From Eledone cirrhosa (lineage: Eukaryota): a DNA stretch of 64,000 bases. The first letter of the stretch is position 1. Each line of letters starts with the position of its first letter. The notes beneath the pieces were generated by a model, which made no database searches, had not been told where the DNA came from, and worked only from the letters and a program-made list of their open reading frames with translations. This document shows positions 1 through 12,537 of this stretch, piece after piece. The translations under genes and the position numbers were made by a program. The stretch lies in NCBI GenBank assembly GCA_964016885.1, contig OZ024740.1, forward strand, positions 362,638,001 to 362,702,000, in the 5' to 3' direction.

Positions 1-579
1 TGTTCCTATATTTGTACTCCTGATGAACTAAACCCGACACATCAAACTTTTTTCCTCTTTTCCATATAAAGTGTGAAACTAATAAGGCTGTTTGTACTTC
101 TGTTGTGTTGTTTCCTTGAACTATAATATATATATATATATATATATATTGGTAAGTAAAAATGAGAAAAATCGTATGAGGGAATTAAGGTGGAAAAAGA
201 CAATTGAACACCATGAGAGGTTGACACAAGGTAAACCAAAGAGGTATAAGAGAACACACATAAATTAGTATATTAATTTTATATAGCTGATAGATCCAAT
301 GATGGATGTTGTGAAGAGAAATGGAGTGAGATGGGTAGGTCATGTGTTGAGGAAGGATAAAGGTGAATGTGTCAGAGAAGTGATGGAAATAAATGTTGAA
401 GTAAGTAGAAGGGGAAGACTGAGAAGGACATGGCTGTAGATGATAGGGGAGGGGAGAAAATGAAAGTAGATGATAGTTAAGGGCAGAAGCTTAAGCTGAG
501 GCCCACAAATCTAACCCTTGCTTTAGTAGGGAAAGTGGCCTTAAAACACTTGTGAATCTAATTGATATTTCCTTTATAG

Positions 580-649
580 AACTGAATCCATAGATGAATT
601 AACTCCAGCTGAAGGAAACACCAAACGAGAGCAAATTAAGGAAATTCCC
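580..649 (+). CDS. CRACR2A: Large Rab (CRACR2A/Rab46-like) internal exon upstream of the GTPase domain
   Basis: Acceptor tttatAG at 578-579 and donor GTGAGT at 650. Reads TESIDELTPAEGNTKREQIKEIP and ends in phase 0, matching the phase-0 start of the next exon. Support is splice signals and phase only; upstream exons lie outside the window. Confidence 0.65.
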
Positions 650-2016
650 GTGAGTATATTTATGATCCTCCATATTGAGTCTGATTGATTACTTTTCAAA
701 TTATTTAGTCATACATATCTCTTCTTGTCATATATATTTATGACACTATTGTGTTTTCATTGATATATTATCAAAATATCATACACATTTTAACTCTCTA
801 GTGATAGTATTTTTAGTGAAATACACTGCATTCTAAATAACTAATTAAAAATTTTAAGTAATTACTAAAATTATTGATTATTTCATTACTAAGATAGCAA
901 GATAAGGTTCTTATTTAATATTATGTTGGAATATTTCAATTTAAATAGGAAACCTTTAAATTTGGTGATTTTGTTTCATAAAACTAAAGCTAGTTTTGGC
1001 TGGAGTTGGTAATAAGCTTAATAGAAATTTATAAGGAACATAATAATGTATATGAAATTATAATAAAAGAAATGACTTGAATTATCTGTTTTCACTTATT
1101 ATGTTAGACATTTCTTTTATCAGCACCCCAACGTTGAAGAATTATATTAATTCTTGTAAGACCCTCTTTAACCCTTTTGATACATAACTACCTGACTCCC
1201 CCATCTCCTTTGTGGAGCTTATGATACAAAACTACTTGTTTTAAACTGTTTATATTATTCAAGAAACCTTCCATCATAAGTTTACATAAGATCCTTTATT
1301 AAGTTATATTTCAAACACCAGCTAAATAATGAGTTATACCACCAAATCCTTCCGAATTCTTGAATAGTTTCAAAATTGTTTGACAATCTTAGAACATTCT
1401 GTTATTATTATTTTGTAATCTTGGCTTCATATTTTATATAGATTTCCTGAGTAAATTTTACTGTAAGCAGTCAAAATGTATATAGAAACTTTTGAAGAGA
1501 AATATTTTAAATACTTTATATATTCTTGTAAATTATTTCCATGTAAAAGTCAAAAGTTTTTAACAAAACATTTTGTTTTATTCACATATCTCATGTAAAC
1601 ATCAAACCTAGTTCTTCAGGAAGAATTGATCAATGTTGATCAATGTTTTTACATCTAGATATTACCCTGAACAGGTTATGATAAGGAAAGGAATTGTTCT
1701 ACTCTATTATGTTCTAATGTGTGCAAGTGGAACTATATAGAAGCTATGTGGTCTTATTTGTGTTTTGGTAATAGGAAATGTGTTTTGATATGTAGAATCA
1801 TCAACATTATTACTGTAATTCATTGTTTTCCTTTTATTCATTTTAAGTCCACTTAGATTTCTGCTCAAGGATACAGTATTTTGAATTGTAGCATGATTTT
1901 CAGTCCTTTGAAAGTAGCACCCATATCATAGTTGATTCCATAAGTTTAACATATAAATTGTCTGAAAAATTTCACTTTTACATGAATACATACAATATTC
2001 TTTTCTACTTTCTTAG

Positions 2017-2134
2017 CAAACACCAGAGAGAGTGTTCAAGATAGTCTTTATTGGAGATTCAGGTGTTGGAAAAAGCAGTTTTATTCATCGATTTTGCAAC
2101 GATCAATTCCAGCCATCATTTGCTGCAACAATAG
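2017..2134 (+). CDS. CRACR2A: Large Rab GTPase exon with P-loop (G1)
   Basis: tttcttAG|[40 protein letters not shown]|GTAAAT. The GDSGVGKS P-loop is present. From memory the closest match is human CRACR2A ([25 protein letters not shown]); RASEF and RAB44 are the alternatives. Confidence 0.92.
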
Positions 2135-2749
2135 GTAAATACACATAAACATTTCTTCTTCTTGGCTTTGAATTTCTAAAGAACCTCTAGAGGTGCCATA
2201 GTGACATACACATTTGAACATTTAAACCTAGTGGAGTCCACCCTGTTCTAGGTGTGAGCACAGCTTATTTCTTGAGAGAGAGTGAGAGAGAATTAGAAAG
2301 TGGTGTATAGGAAGAATTAACCCCAGTACAAACCCCAGTACAAACTTTAAGAAAAAAAGGAACGGTCCCTTAACTTCTGATGAAGTCACATTGCATGTTT
2401 TAGGCATTTTAAACATGATGGAACCCATGTCTGTCCAAGTCGGAACATAGCTGATTTGTTCCAGAAAGAAGGAAAGTGAGATAGAATCAACCCCAATGCT
2501 GGTAAAGAGTGATACATTATTTATTAACTTTCAAAGGATGAAAAGATGACCTTGGCTGGATTTGATCTCAGAGGGAATAGAGCTGGTATAAATACTGTGA
2601 AACATTCTATTTGATATTCTCATGACTCAGTCAATTCACCATCTTTCATAAACACTGCAGTAGAAAAACATTTATCTGAACTCAAAAAGAATTCTTAAAG
2701 ACTTATTTATATATGTGTGTTGTTAACAATTATTTTATTTTGTGTCCAG

Positions 2750-2831
2750 GAGTTGATTTCCGAATAAAAACCATTGAAGTTGATGGTCATTTATTTGCTT
2801 TGCAATTATGGGACACTGCAGGACAAGAGAG
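2750..2831 (+). CDS. CRACR2A: Large Rab GTPase exon (switch I / G3)
   Basis: tgtccAG|[28 protein letters not shown]|GTAGGT. Contains the Rab WDTAGQE motif; phases 1 and 2 fit the neighbouring exons. Confidence 0.95.
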
Positions 2832-3290
2832 GTAGGTTTATGTTTTATAGAAACAAGATCTTACACCAGTAACATGACATGAACAAATACTAGAATAAGC
2901 AATACAATGTTTTCAAAAATATTAAATCTGTGTATGATCTAGTAACATGTTTGATTGAATGATAATTGATATACTGTTATTGTATAATTTATCGTCCATT
3001 ACCATATTAGGTAAAATAATAATAATATTGGTTTCTGATTTATACACAAGGTCTACAAATTTTGGGGGAGGGAAAAGTCGATTAAATCGACCCCAGTGCA
3101 TTACTGGTACTTTATTTTATCGACTCCATGAGGATGAAAAGCGAAGCTAACCTCTGTGGGGTTTGAACTTAGAACATAAACTATGCTGCTATGCTTGTTG
3201 TCCAACGCTCTACTGAATAATAATAATAATAATAATTGTAATAATAATAGCAATAATAAAAGTAATAATAATTGTTTTATTGATTTCAAG

Positions 3291-3405
3291 ATTTCGCAGT
3301 ATCACAAAACAGTACTTTCGGAAGGCAGATGGTGTTTTGATTATGTATGATGTAACCTGTGAATCCTCCTTAGTTAATGTTCGCAATTGGATGACAAGTG
3401 TGAAT
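3291..3405 (+). CDS. CRACR2A: Large Rab GTPase exon (switch II, RabF3-5)
   Basis: tttcaAG|[38 protein letters not shown]|GTAAGT. The YFRKADG motif is typical of RASEF/CRACR2A-type large Rabs. Confidence 0.95.
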
Positions 3406-3860
3406 GTAAGTAGAAATACTTTTATATAAAATCATTGTCTTCATTTGAATGCAACAACAACAATTATTTTAAGTCTGTTTTCTCTGCTAAAGAAGAGTCT
3501 TGCCTTGTGAGTCCTATGACAAGCTTCACCATTTTGCCCTATTATCTACATCCTCTTTGCTTTATTTTCCATCATTCTCAGCCACATCTTTCCTCTTCAC
3601 TCTACTTTGTGCTATGCTCCATTTTCCTTAGTCATGTCTCCTTCTTCCTCTACTTCTTTCCACATTCATAACCACCACTCCTTACACCCTACTATTTTCA
3701 TCCTTCCTCAATATATTACCAACCATCTCATTCCATTTCTCTACACAATATATATCAATGGCGATATTTCCATCATCCTTTGCAATGTATTGTGTGTCTT
3801 CCTCTGCAATTCTACACTCATTCACTAATTTCACTAATTACACTAATTTCTGTTCTTTCC

Positions 3861-4710
3861 GGAGGTGGGTGTTCGGAAAGTACAATAACTAGAGTAAGAA
3901 CGGGATGGAAGAAGTTCAGGGAACTACTGCCACTGCCAGCTGCAAAAAGGCTTCTCCCTCAAAATGAAAGGCAGACTGTATGATGTGTGTATACGAACAG
4001 CAATGTTACATGGTAGTGAGACCTGGGCGCTGAAGGTGGAAGACTTGCGTAGATTAGAAAGTAATGAAGCCTGCATGCTCCGATGGATGTGTAATAGTAA
4101 TATACGCGAACGGCAAAGTATAAACGAATTGAGAGAGAGACTGAGCATAAGAGGAATCAAATGCTGTGTGCAGGAGAGGTGGTTGCATTGGTATGGACAT
4201 GTGATACGTATGAAGAATGACAGCTGCATAAAAAGGTGCAGAGCACTAGAAGTCGATGGAAACCGCGGAGTGAGGAGTCCCAAGAAGGCCTGGTATGAGG
4301 TGATAGAAGCCGACCTTACCCAATTGCACCTCTCAAGGGTGATGATGATACACGACTCTGACCTCTGGCATCACACAGTAATACAGAAGACCCGACCTCC
4401 CATGGGTACAAGCTGAAGCATATAGAGAATATGCCCCACCCCCTCCCACTGCAAAGTGGTCGTGGAGGTGCCACGGCAAAAAAGCACCCAGCCCACACTG
4501 TAAAGTGGACGTGTAGGCGCCACGGAAAAAAAGCAGCCAGCACTCACTGTAAATGAGGTTGGTGTTAGGAAGGGCATCCAGCTGTAGAAATCAAGCCAGG
4601 ATCAGTTCCCGTATGAGCAAGACAAGGTCAGCTGACTGGACACTGTCCACAACAGGACAACCCGTCTAACCCATGCTAGCATGGAAGAACGGATGTAAAA
4701 CGGTGATGAT
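3861..4710 (+). mobile_element. RTE-clade LINE 3' fragment with (GAT)n tail
   Basis: RVRTGWKKFRELLP, KGRLYDVCIRTAMLHGSETW and LHWYGHVIRM. 3'UTR GGTTGGTGTTAGGAAGGGCATCCAGC...ACCCATGCTAGCATGGAA...GATGAT. Confidence 0.9.
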
Positions 4711-5384
4711 ATATATATATATATCAACATATAATATTTGTTTACCCTGTTGGCAAGAGTTAGATGGGTCTTCACAGAATGTCAGTATGCATGTAAGGCT
4801 ACTGACATGTCAGAGAGACTGAGAGCTGGCATTTTGTTTACATATGGTCCTACACTCTACCAAGTGTATTTTATTGTGACACTAACACTTGAGAGGTTGC
4901 TGAAGTGCTTTCTTGGACTTTTTTTTAGCATGGTTTCTATAATGGAATGCCCTTCCTTTTTAGCTTACATTACTCCATTTTCTCCTCTTCCTCCACTTTC
5001 TCCTTATTCACATCTTTCCACATATTTTATCATGTTTCTTCCTATTTATATTGCCAGCATTCACCATCGTTAACCACTTTAGTTCAATTTTTTCCTTTTC
5101 CTCCCTTGCCCTTCTTTACTAAATTCATCAATCTTTCACATGTTTCCATCTATGTTAGCAGGTTCTTGCCCTCTTCTGCCTTTTTACATTTTTTCCAACT
5201 CTCCCTAACTTTACCCCCCCCCCCCCCCTTTAGTTATTTTCTTCCTCTTTCTCCCACTTTTTTCACCAAATTTTTATGTTTATCCCATTTTTACCCACCT
5301 CTGCCCACTTCATCTCACTTTCCTCCTCTTTGCCCTCTTTTGCCCTGCTCCATCAATTTATATCCAATGTTCTCTAGCAATGAA

Positions 5385-5750
5385 ATAGAGAAGGTATCAA
5401 GGTTGGACTAATGGGTTTCCACAATCTGACTGAACGTAATCATGAATGTTGGGCAGCAGCTTTGACGTCTCTGCTCTCCTCCCACCACACAATCAACTGG
5501 TTATATTCCATTGTCACTGATGATGAAAAATGGTGTTTCTACATTGTCAAGTGCAAACAATTGTGGTTTAATAAAGGGAGTGCACCACAGTGACAAGCAT
5601 ATGCTAGTTTCCACTGCCGCAATGCCCAACTGAGCATCTGGTGGGACTGGTAAGGTGTCATCCACTATGAGCTGCACCCACCGAACACCAGCATAACATC
5701 TGACATATGCTACCGGTGCCTTGAGAAAGCAACACCAAAATTCAGCCCGG
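5385..5750 (+). mobile_element. mariner transposase relic
   Basis: KVSRLD*WVS-HNLTE (WVPHEL-like, frameshifted) followed by SIVTDDEKWCFY (first catalytic Asp block, IVTGDEKW). Confidence 0.75.
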
Positions 5751-6745
5751 AGCATATCAAAGAATCAAAATGACAGAAGTAAGCTTTATTTCAACTTTGT
5801 TTTTCAATTTACTTAATTCATTTCACAAGTTATTGTTTTACCCAAAGCTACAGTAGCAGGCACTTATCCAAGAAATTACTTGGCTGCAAAGTAAAATCCT
5901 TAATCACTCAGCTATATATGTCCCTATATATATGATAAAACCCCAAGGCAAATATATATATTTTCCATCAAAATACATGAAACATTTTAATGTAAGAAAT
6001 GTATTGACATTGAGTTAAATTTCTTTTTCTATTTTCAATGCTGTAATCTCAGTATAAATTGTTGTATGAAAATGTAACCATGTGTTATTATGGTTAAGTG
6101 TTCTCTGATATTAACCATTTCAATATAAGTTGACAGAGGCGACTATATTTTCCTACTACATAGTGTGTGGGTGTTAACATATCTAATGCTTCGAACATTA
6201 AAACAATGAACTAGTCTCAAATATGTAAGATATAATGTGAAAAAAAATTCAATGTAATAACAAATATTAGTTTTACCTTAAGAGCATTGTAGATGTACAA
6301 TGGAACTGTTTTACACTTCATAATATACATAGCATCAAAAAAGATTTTAAAAAGTGAATTTAATAGCATATGTATGTTTCTTTAAATGGCTCTCATAGTT
6401 CTTCTATGATGTCATTATTTCAGTTTCAATATTTGATCTCAAATCAAGTCACTTCCCAATCAAGTACATCTCCAATGTGTGTGTGTGTGCACAAAAGGCA
6501 AACAGAAATAACAAAGCAAACAGCACAGTACAATGAAGAAATACATTAGTTTTATGTGTGATATAGTAGGAAAAGAGTCTTAACATAGAAAATAGACCTT
6601 CATCAGAAAATAGAATGAGAAATTAAAGAAGGAATAGAAAGATAGAGGAGAGTGAGCAGTGGCAGAAAGGAAAAAAACAGGTCTATTCAGGTTGCCATCT
6701 GTTGAATCTGATGTTGGTGTATAAGAAGTTCAGTTGGTCATGTTT

Positions 6746-7275
6746 AGAAGGCTTTTCCCTCAAAATGAAAGGCAAACTGTATGATACGTGCATATGAATG
6801 GCAATGTTACATGGTAGTGAGACATGGGCACTGTGTGCAGAAGACTTGCGTAGGCTGGAAAGAAATGAAGCTTGCATGCTCCGATGGATGTGCAATAGTA
6901 ATATACGTGAATGGCAAAGTATAAACGTAAGGAGAGAGAAACTAGGCATATGAGGAATCAAATGTTGTGTGTAAGAGAAGAGATTACGTTGGTATGGACA
7001 TGTGATGTGTATGAAGGATGACAGCTGCCTAAGAAGGTACAGAGCGCTCAAAGTCAATGGAAGCTTTGGAGTGGGAAGACCCAGGAAAACTTGGGATGAG
7101 GTGATAAAAACTGACCTTGCCCAGTTACACCTCTCAAATGCAATGGCACAGGACCAAGATCTCTGGTGTTATGCAGTAATACAGAAGACCCAACTTCCCA
7201 TGGGCACAAGCTGAAGCTGAAGCATATATACAGTATGCCCTGCCCCATCCCCACTCACCCCACCCTTCCACTTCT
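6746..7275 (+). mobile_element. RTE-clade LINE fragment, same family
   Basis: Homologous to 3950-4450, with stop codons. Confidence 0.85.
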
Positions 7276-7346
7276 ATATGTGACCTTGAGCCAATTGTCT
7301 GTGAATTATAAATACGCTCCATCTGATGTGTTTCCACATATTTTCC

Positions 7347-7928
7347 GCTAGCAGATTTACCCGGCATTGCTCGGGGTTTGAAATTATGCTAAGAATATAC
7401 AGCTAGGAAGTAAAAGAAGAACATTATTTGTCCCCAACCTGTCAAAATAAGCAGAAGTCTTCATTAATTAATGCAAACGAATATTTAGTGCAATCTTTGT
7501 ACACATAAAACTATACTGATAATGAAGGAAAACACTGAACAGGATGTAGTTATACAAATGATTAAAGACAATACACGTTGCAAATCTGTAAAAAAAACAA
7601 TGAGAATAGAATAAGAGAAAATCTATTCTTTGAGAGCATCCTTTGCTGTGTATGGTTGGTGAAAAGGTTATCTCCCTTTTTTTATAAGGATTGTCAATAA
7701 AGTTTGTTATCTCCCTTACATCAATTTTTCTACCAATAATTTTGATATCGATTTTTTATTGCTCAACGTGGGTCGATTTGAAAAGTGTTTGTGATGTGAC
7801 AATCTTAGCGACCTGCGCAACGTGCACAGAAAATTTGCTCAAATTCAGTTGGTAATTGTGAAAGCCTTATGCATGCCAAGTTGTACACAGACACACACAC
7901 ATCCTTGCTTTTATATATATAAAGATTT
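7347..7928 (+). mobile_element. Probable non-autonomous Helitron/Helentron-type (DINE-like) element
   Basis: 5' CTAGCAGATTTACCCGGCATTGCTCGGG with a short hairpin, and 3' ACAGACACACACATCC..CTTTTATATATATAAAGATT. This architecture is recalled for such elements and was not verified. Confidence 0.5.
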
Positions 7929-8187
7929 ACCAAATTTCTTCACTTTTGAAGTATTGGCTCTTTTTGCCTTAACTTCTTACTCATTCATTCACATAGTACC
8001 TCAGACCTTTAACCATCTCCCCCACTCTTTCTTTTGTTTTTGTCTCTTATTTATAAGTGTTATTAGATACTTTCCTCAGTCTGTCATGGCTTACCAACTT
8101 TACATTGATTAAATAAATAAATACTTGTTTATAGCCTAAGTCTTTATTGTATCTATGAGTATAATATGATCTTTATATTTCTTCCAG

Positions 8188-8298
8188 GAAAATGTTGATT
8201 CAAATACTGTTATTGTTATTGTTGGTAACAAATTAGACTTGTGTATAGATGACAGTGAGCAAACAAAACAGTTTAAAATAGCAACAAGACTTGCATTG
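8188..8298 (+). CDS. CRACR2A: Large Rab GTPase exon (G4 NKxD)
   Basis: cttccAG|ENVDSNTVIVIVGNKLDLCIDDSEQTKQFKIATRLAL|GTAAGC. GNKLD is the G4 motif. Confidence 0.93.
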
Positions 8299-8535
8299 GT
8301 AAGCGCTCATTGTTTATACACATGTAAATACATAAGCTGTATATATTCATATAATGATAGATACTATATATACTCATGTATATATTCATATAAATATATG
8401 GGGTTGACTGTTACATGGATTCTACTTTCTTGGAGCTGAATGAAATTCACACTGCTATCCAAAATACTGTATCAATAAGCAGAAACTAAAAATAGATTCT
8501 AAATGAATAAAAGTAAAACAATAATTACAGTAATA

Positions 8536-8960
8536 ATTGTTTCTACTTTTGGCACAAGGCCAGCTATTACCCCAGGGTATTACTGGTACTTTATTTTATC
8601 GACCCCGTAAGGATGAAAGGCCAAGTCAACCTCGGCGGGATTTGAACTCAGAATGGCAAGGGCCGTAACTCAATGCGTCAAAGCATGGCGTCCGACCCTC
8701 TACCGATTCTGCCAATCCACCTTAATCTTATTACAGTAATATTGGTTTCTTATATAGGCACAAGGCCAGCAATTTTGGGGGAGGGAAAGTCGATTAAATC
8801 GACCCCAGTGCGTGACTGGTACTTTAGTTTATCGACCTTGTAAGGATGTAAGGCAAAGTTAACCTCGGTGGGATTTGAACCGAGATCATAAAAGGGCCAT
8901 AACTCTATGCTGCAAAGCATGGTGTCCGAAAATCTACTGATACTGCCAATCCACCGCCCT
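8536..8960 (-). mobile_element. Two adjacent SINE family A copies (8536-8722 and 8742-8960)
   Basis: ATTACAGTAATA is duplicated at 8524-8535 and 8730-8741 around the first copy, which sits at the tail of the second. Further - strand copies at about 2490-2640, 3027-3215, 9530-9702 and 26608-26790; + strand fragments at about 16602-16710 and 19820-19915. Confidence 0.85.
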
Positions 8961-10388
8961 CAATAGGTTGACTCTCTGATCTCTAAGCTACGTGCTCTAT
9001 CAAGTAACATTACCCCAAAGACCCTTCACAGGAATCCCATTTCGGCTGCCTGTATTCGCGATTGTATTCTTTTGGTCATTACTCAAGATTCATGATCATA
9101 GGTAAGGGTTGGCATGAAAGCTGAATTGAAGAGAGCGATTTTGGCTTTTACACCTACCTCCCTTCTTCTGATTACTGAATGCTGAAGCTTGGCTTGGCTC
9201 TCTGTATTTTGAATTTAAATCTAACCAATGCAATAGCTGATTGAATATTTTCTTTTGTTTTCACTATGAATTAGCAGAGTGGTAGATCATTAGATTAAAT
9301 GCATTAGCATTTGTTCTGGCTTACTGTATTCTGATTTCAAATCCTGCTGTTATCAACTTTGCCTTAAGAACAATTCTCCATTTTATAACATCTGGCAAAC
9401 CCACCAATGTTGATATGTGCAAAGGACCAGTACTATATTTAGACCAACTAGATATCCATCTAGGGCACAATACTGAGCCTTAAACAACCAGAGTTTTATA
9501 CAAATTTCTATTGATTAAATCAAACATATAATTGTTTCTACTTTTGGCACAAGGCCAGCAATTACCCAGTACATTACTGGTACTTTATTTTATCGACCCC
9601 GTAAGGATGAAAGGCAAAGTTAACCTCGACAGGATTTGAACTCAGACCGTAAAGGGACGTAACTATGCTAGAAAGCATGACGTCCAACCCTCCACCGATA
9701 CTATGATTTCCTGTCAGCTCCAACATGTTTTAGTAACATTAGATGCTTACTCATAGTTATACAAAAACCTCTTTAAATATTCCCTACTGAAATGAAAGAG
9801 GGCTTTATATGCCACCAAATACAGTAATTAACAATTCGTTTTTCTTACTACATTAAGTACACTAACCTCCCACTTTATTTTGAAGCAGTTTTTCCTATTT
9901 GAAGGGAGTAAGTCACACATTACAATCTCATCACTTCAGTCACAATTCCAACCACGACTTCCCATAATGGAGAGGAGTGGAAAATAACAAAATACTAAGC
10001 TTTGAATGTTCCCTTTTTGTGCCAGGTGCCATTGGGACCTCTGGTATCCTTAGGAGGTGAGCATTTCAGATGAGGGAGGAGTCTCTTGGCATGGAATAGC
10101 TGATACAGCTGGTATTGATGGCTCTTCTTTATGGCAAAGCTTTTGTCATAATGACTTATGGGTGCAGCAGAAATACGTTGTTTGGCCCCTCTCCATTTTT
10201 CCTTCCCTTTTCTTATATTTTACTTTTTTCTTGTCATTCTAAATTTGTAATACAAGGGACCTTACTTTATCTCCAGACATTGTATTTTGTAAAAGATCTC
10301 AACACATTTTAACCTAACAAGTATTTCATGCTCTATTGATATATTCTTATTTTTGATCTTTGACTATTAATACTTGGTATTATTGTAG

Positions 10389-10465
10389 GAACATAATGCC
10401 CTGTTTTATCAGACAAGTGCAAAAGATGGCAATCGGGTATATGAAACAATGCATGCTATGGCATG
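10389..10465 (+). CDS. CRACR2A: Large Rab GTPase exon (G5 SAK)
   Basis: ttgtAG|EHNALFYQTSAKDGNRVYETMHAMA-|GTAAGT. TSAK is the G5 motif. Confidence 0.92.
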
Positions 10466-10691
10466 GTAAGTACCAGAAATAGTCAATAGATAAATAAATA
10501 TATATGTATATGTGCATGAGAGAGAGAGAATGATAAAGTAGTCAAAATAAATCATTGTAAGACTTCTGTCTTATTTAAAATTTAAAACTTTTCTATTGAT
10601 TGATCCTTTTGATACCGAACCACTTGAAACCTGCTTGGATCTATAATGTAAAGCTGTTTATTAGATGAAAATACTACATGTATAAAATATA

Positions 10692-11955
10692 ATCACCCGG
10701 ATCACTGATGGCAGCTCATGGGTGGATGTTGTTTACCTTGACATTGCTAAAGCTTTCAATTCTGTGCCACACAAAAGAATTATGGCAAAACTCTCTGCAA
10801 TGGGTGTGAAGGATGATCTTTTTAACTGGTTGAAGTTCTTCATTCTCAGTCGAAGAGAGGTAGTCACGGTTCTAGGACAGCATTCCTCACCATATAACGT
10901 CATCTGGTGTACCACAGGGATCTGCTTTTGGCCCCCTTTTGTTTGTGGCATATATTAATGACATAGATGCCAACTTAAAGAATGCCACAGTACTGAAATA
11001 TACAGATGACATCAAGCTGTATCTTGAGATAAAAAGGACAGATCCTGAAGACTATAGATCTTGCCTGCAATCTGACCTGGACACAATGTAACAATGGATC
11101 ATGGACTGGCAACTCAAGCTGGCTGTGGACAAGTGCACCACCATGTATTTTGGGAGTCAAAACCCAGCGTCCACATACTCCCTCCACAACACTAATATCA
11201 AGAAGTCTTCTTGTGAATGTGACTTGGGCAGCGATTTGCATTGGACGAAGCACATCTCTAAAATTGTCAAAAAGGCCAAGGGTGTCTTAGCATCACTCAA
11301 CAAGACCTTTGTCAGCCGCTCTCCAGCTATCTATTTAAAGCTGTATATAGCTATAGTGCGGCTACACTTAGAATTTGCATCACCAGTTTGGAACCCCTAT
11401 CTTGCTCAGAACATTGACCACCTGGAAACTGTTTAGAAACGTACAACCAAGCGAATACCCTCCATCAGGCATCTACCATACTCTGAACGCCTTGCTTCCC
11501 TGGGCATGGATACATTGAAGCTCCGACGTCTGGCAACTGACTTGGTAAACACCCACAAAATTATTAACCATCTTGCCAACAACAACCCTCAGTACCTTTT
11601 TGATTTCCATGTGTATAACACACGTGGGCATGCCAACAAAGTCAGAAAACAGCACAGCTCCCATGACTTTCGGAAACATTTTTTCACGCTCAGAGTTGCT
11701 GAAGCATGGAACAAACTCCCTGCATCAGTTATTAGCTGTCGAGACACTGCATCCTTTAAAACCACCATGCTTCCTGAGATTTTCCAACGCTACACCTAAT
11801 ACACCCTCTCCATACACACGCACATATGTATATCATGACTCATACACTATTCACTTCCCTGACATTTGTATATTATTCTATGTACTATACATGCACCTTT
11901 GATGAGTTGTAGTGCACCTGAGCACTGTACACAATAATTTCATTATTATTAGATT
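10692..11955 (+). mobile_element. 5'-truncated copy of the same CR1 family (Rab intron)
   Basis: Colinear with 49300-50550 and has the same 3' end GCACTGTACACAATAATTTCATTATTATT. Confidence 0.92.
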
Positions 11956-12452
11956 ATTATAATAACACAAGTATTTCATATTTAATTATCATTTAGATGG
12001 TGTCTCAGATTAAGGCATGTTCTTCTGTTATTTACCATTAGTCGAACCAGAGAAAATCTTTTGAGAAAAAATATTCTCCCACCTTTTTAATGCCTGTTTT
12101 TCTATGCTGGCATGGGTTGGATGGGTTGTTATGGTCCAAGATGTTGGAACAATCTTATCTTTCTAATACAGTTCATATTTTAACATGGTTGCTATGGCTG
12201 TATACCCTTTCTAATACCAACAACTTTACAGTGTGTATTGAGTGCATTTGTTCATAACACTAGCACAACCACTTTACAGAGTGTACAGAGTGAATTTTGT
12301 TTTGGCACCAGTAATAGAGAGGTTGTCATATGCTCAGCGTCTAAAGTCGTCTGTACTCTATATTGTTTTCAATTGCCAACCACTTTACAGAAAACTAATA
12401 AATAGATAAATAATTGATTTTTAAAATGTCCTTTTTACTAATTACTTTTCAG

Positions 12453-12537
12453 TGTTTTGAAAGAGAAAGAAGATGAAGAGCTGGAAAAAGTGTTAGAACT
12501 GAAAACTGAACATGTCAAAAAGAAATGTTGCAGCTGA
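12453..12537 (+). CDS. CRACR2A: Large Rab GTPase terminal coding exon with CCx prenylation motif
   Basis: ttttcAG|(C)VLKEKEDEELEKVLELKTEHVKKKCCS-stop (TGA 12535-12537). Resembles the CRACR2A C-terminus (LKEQED...KKKSCCG, from memory). Candidate AATAAA signals near 12653 and 13711. Confidence 0.92.

Noticed and set aside
4738-5411. Hydrophobic Phe/Pro/Ser-rich ORFs (also 3435-3828)
   Set aside because: Pyrimidine-rich low-complexity intron sequence that happens to lack stops.
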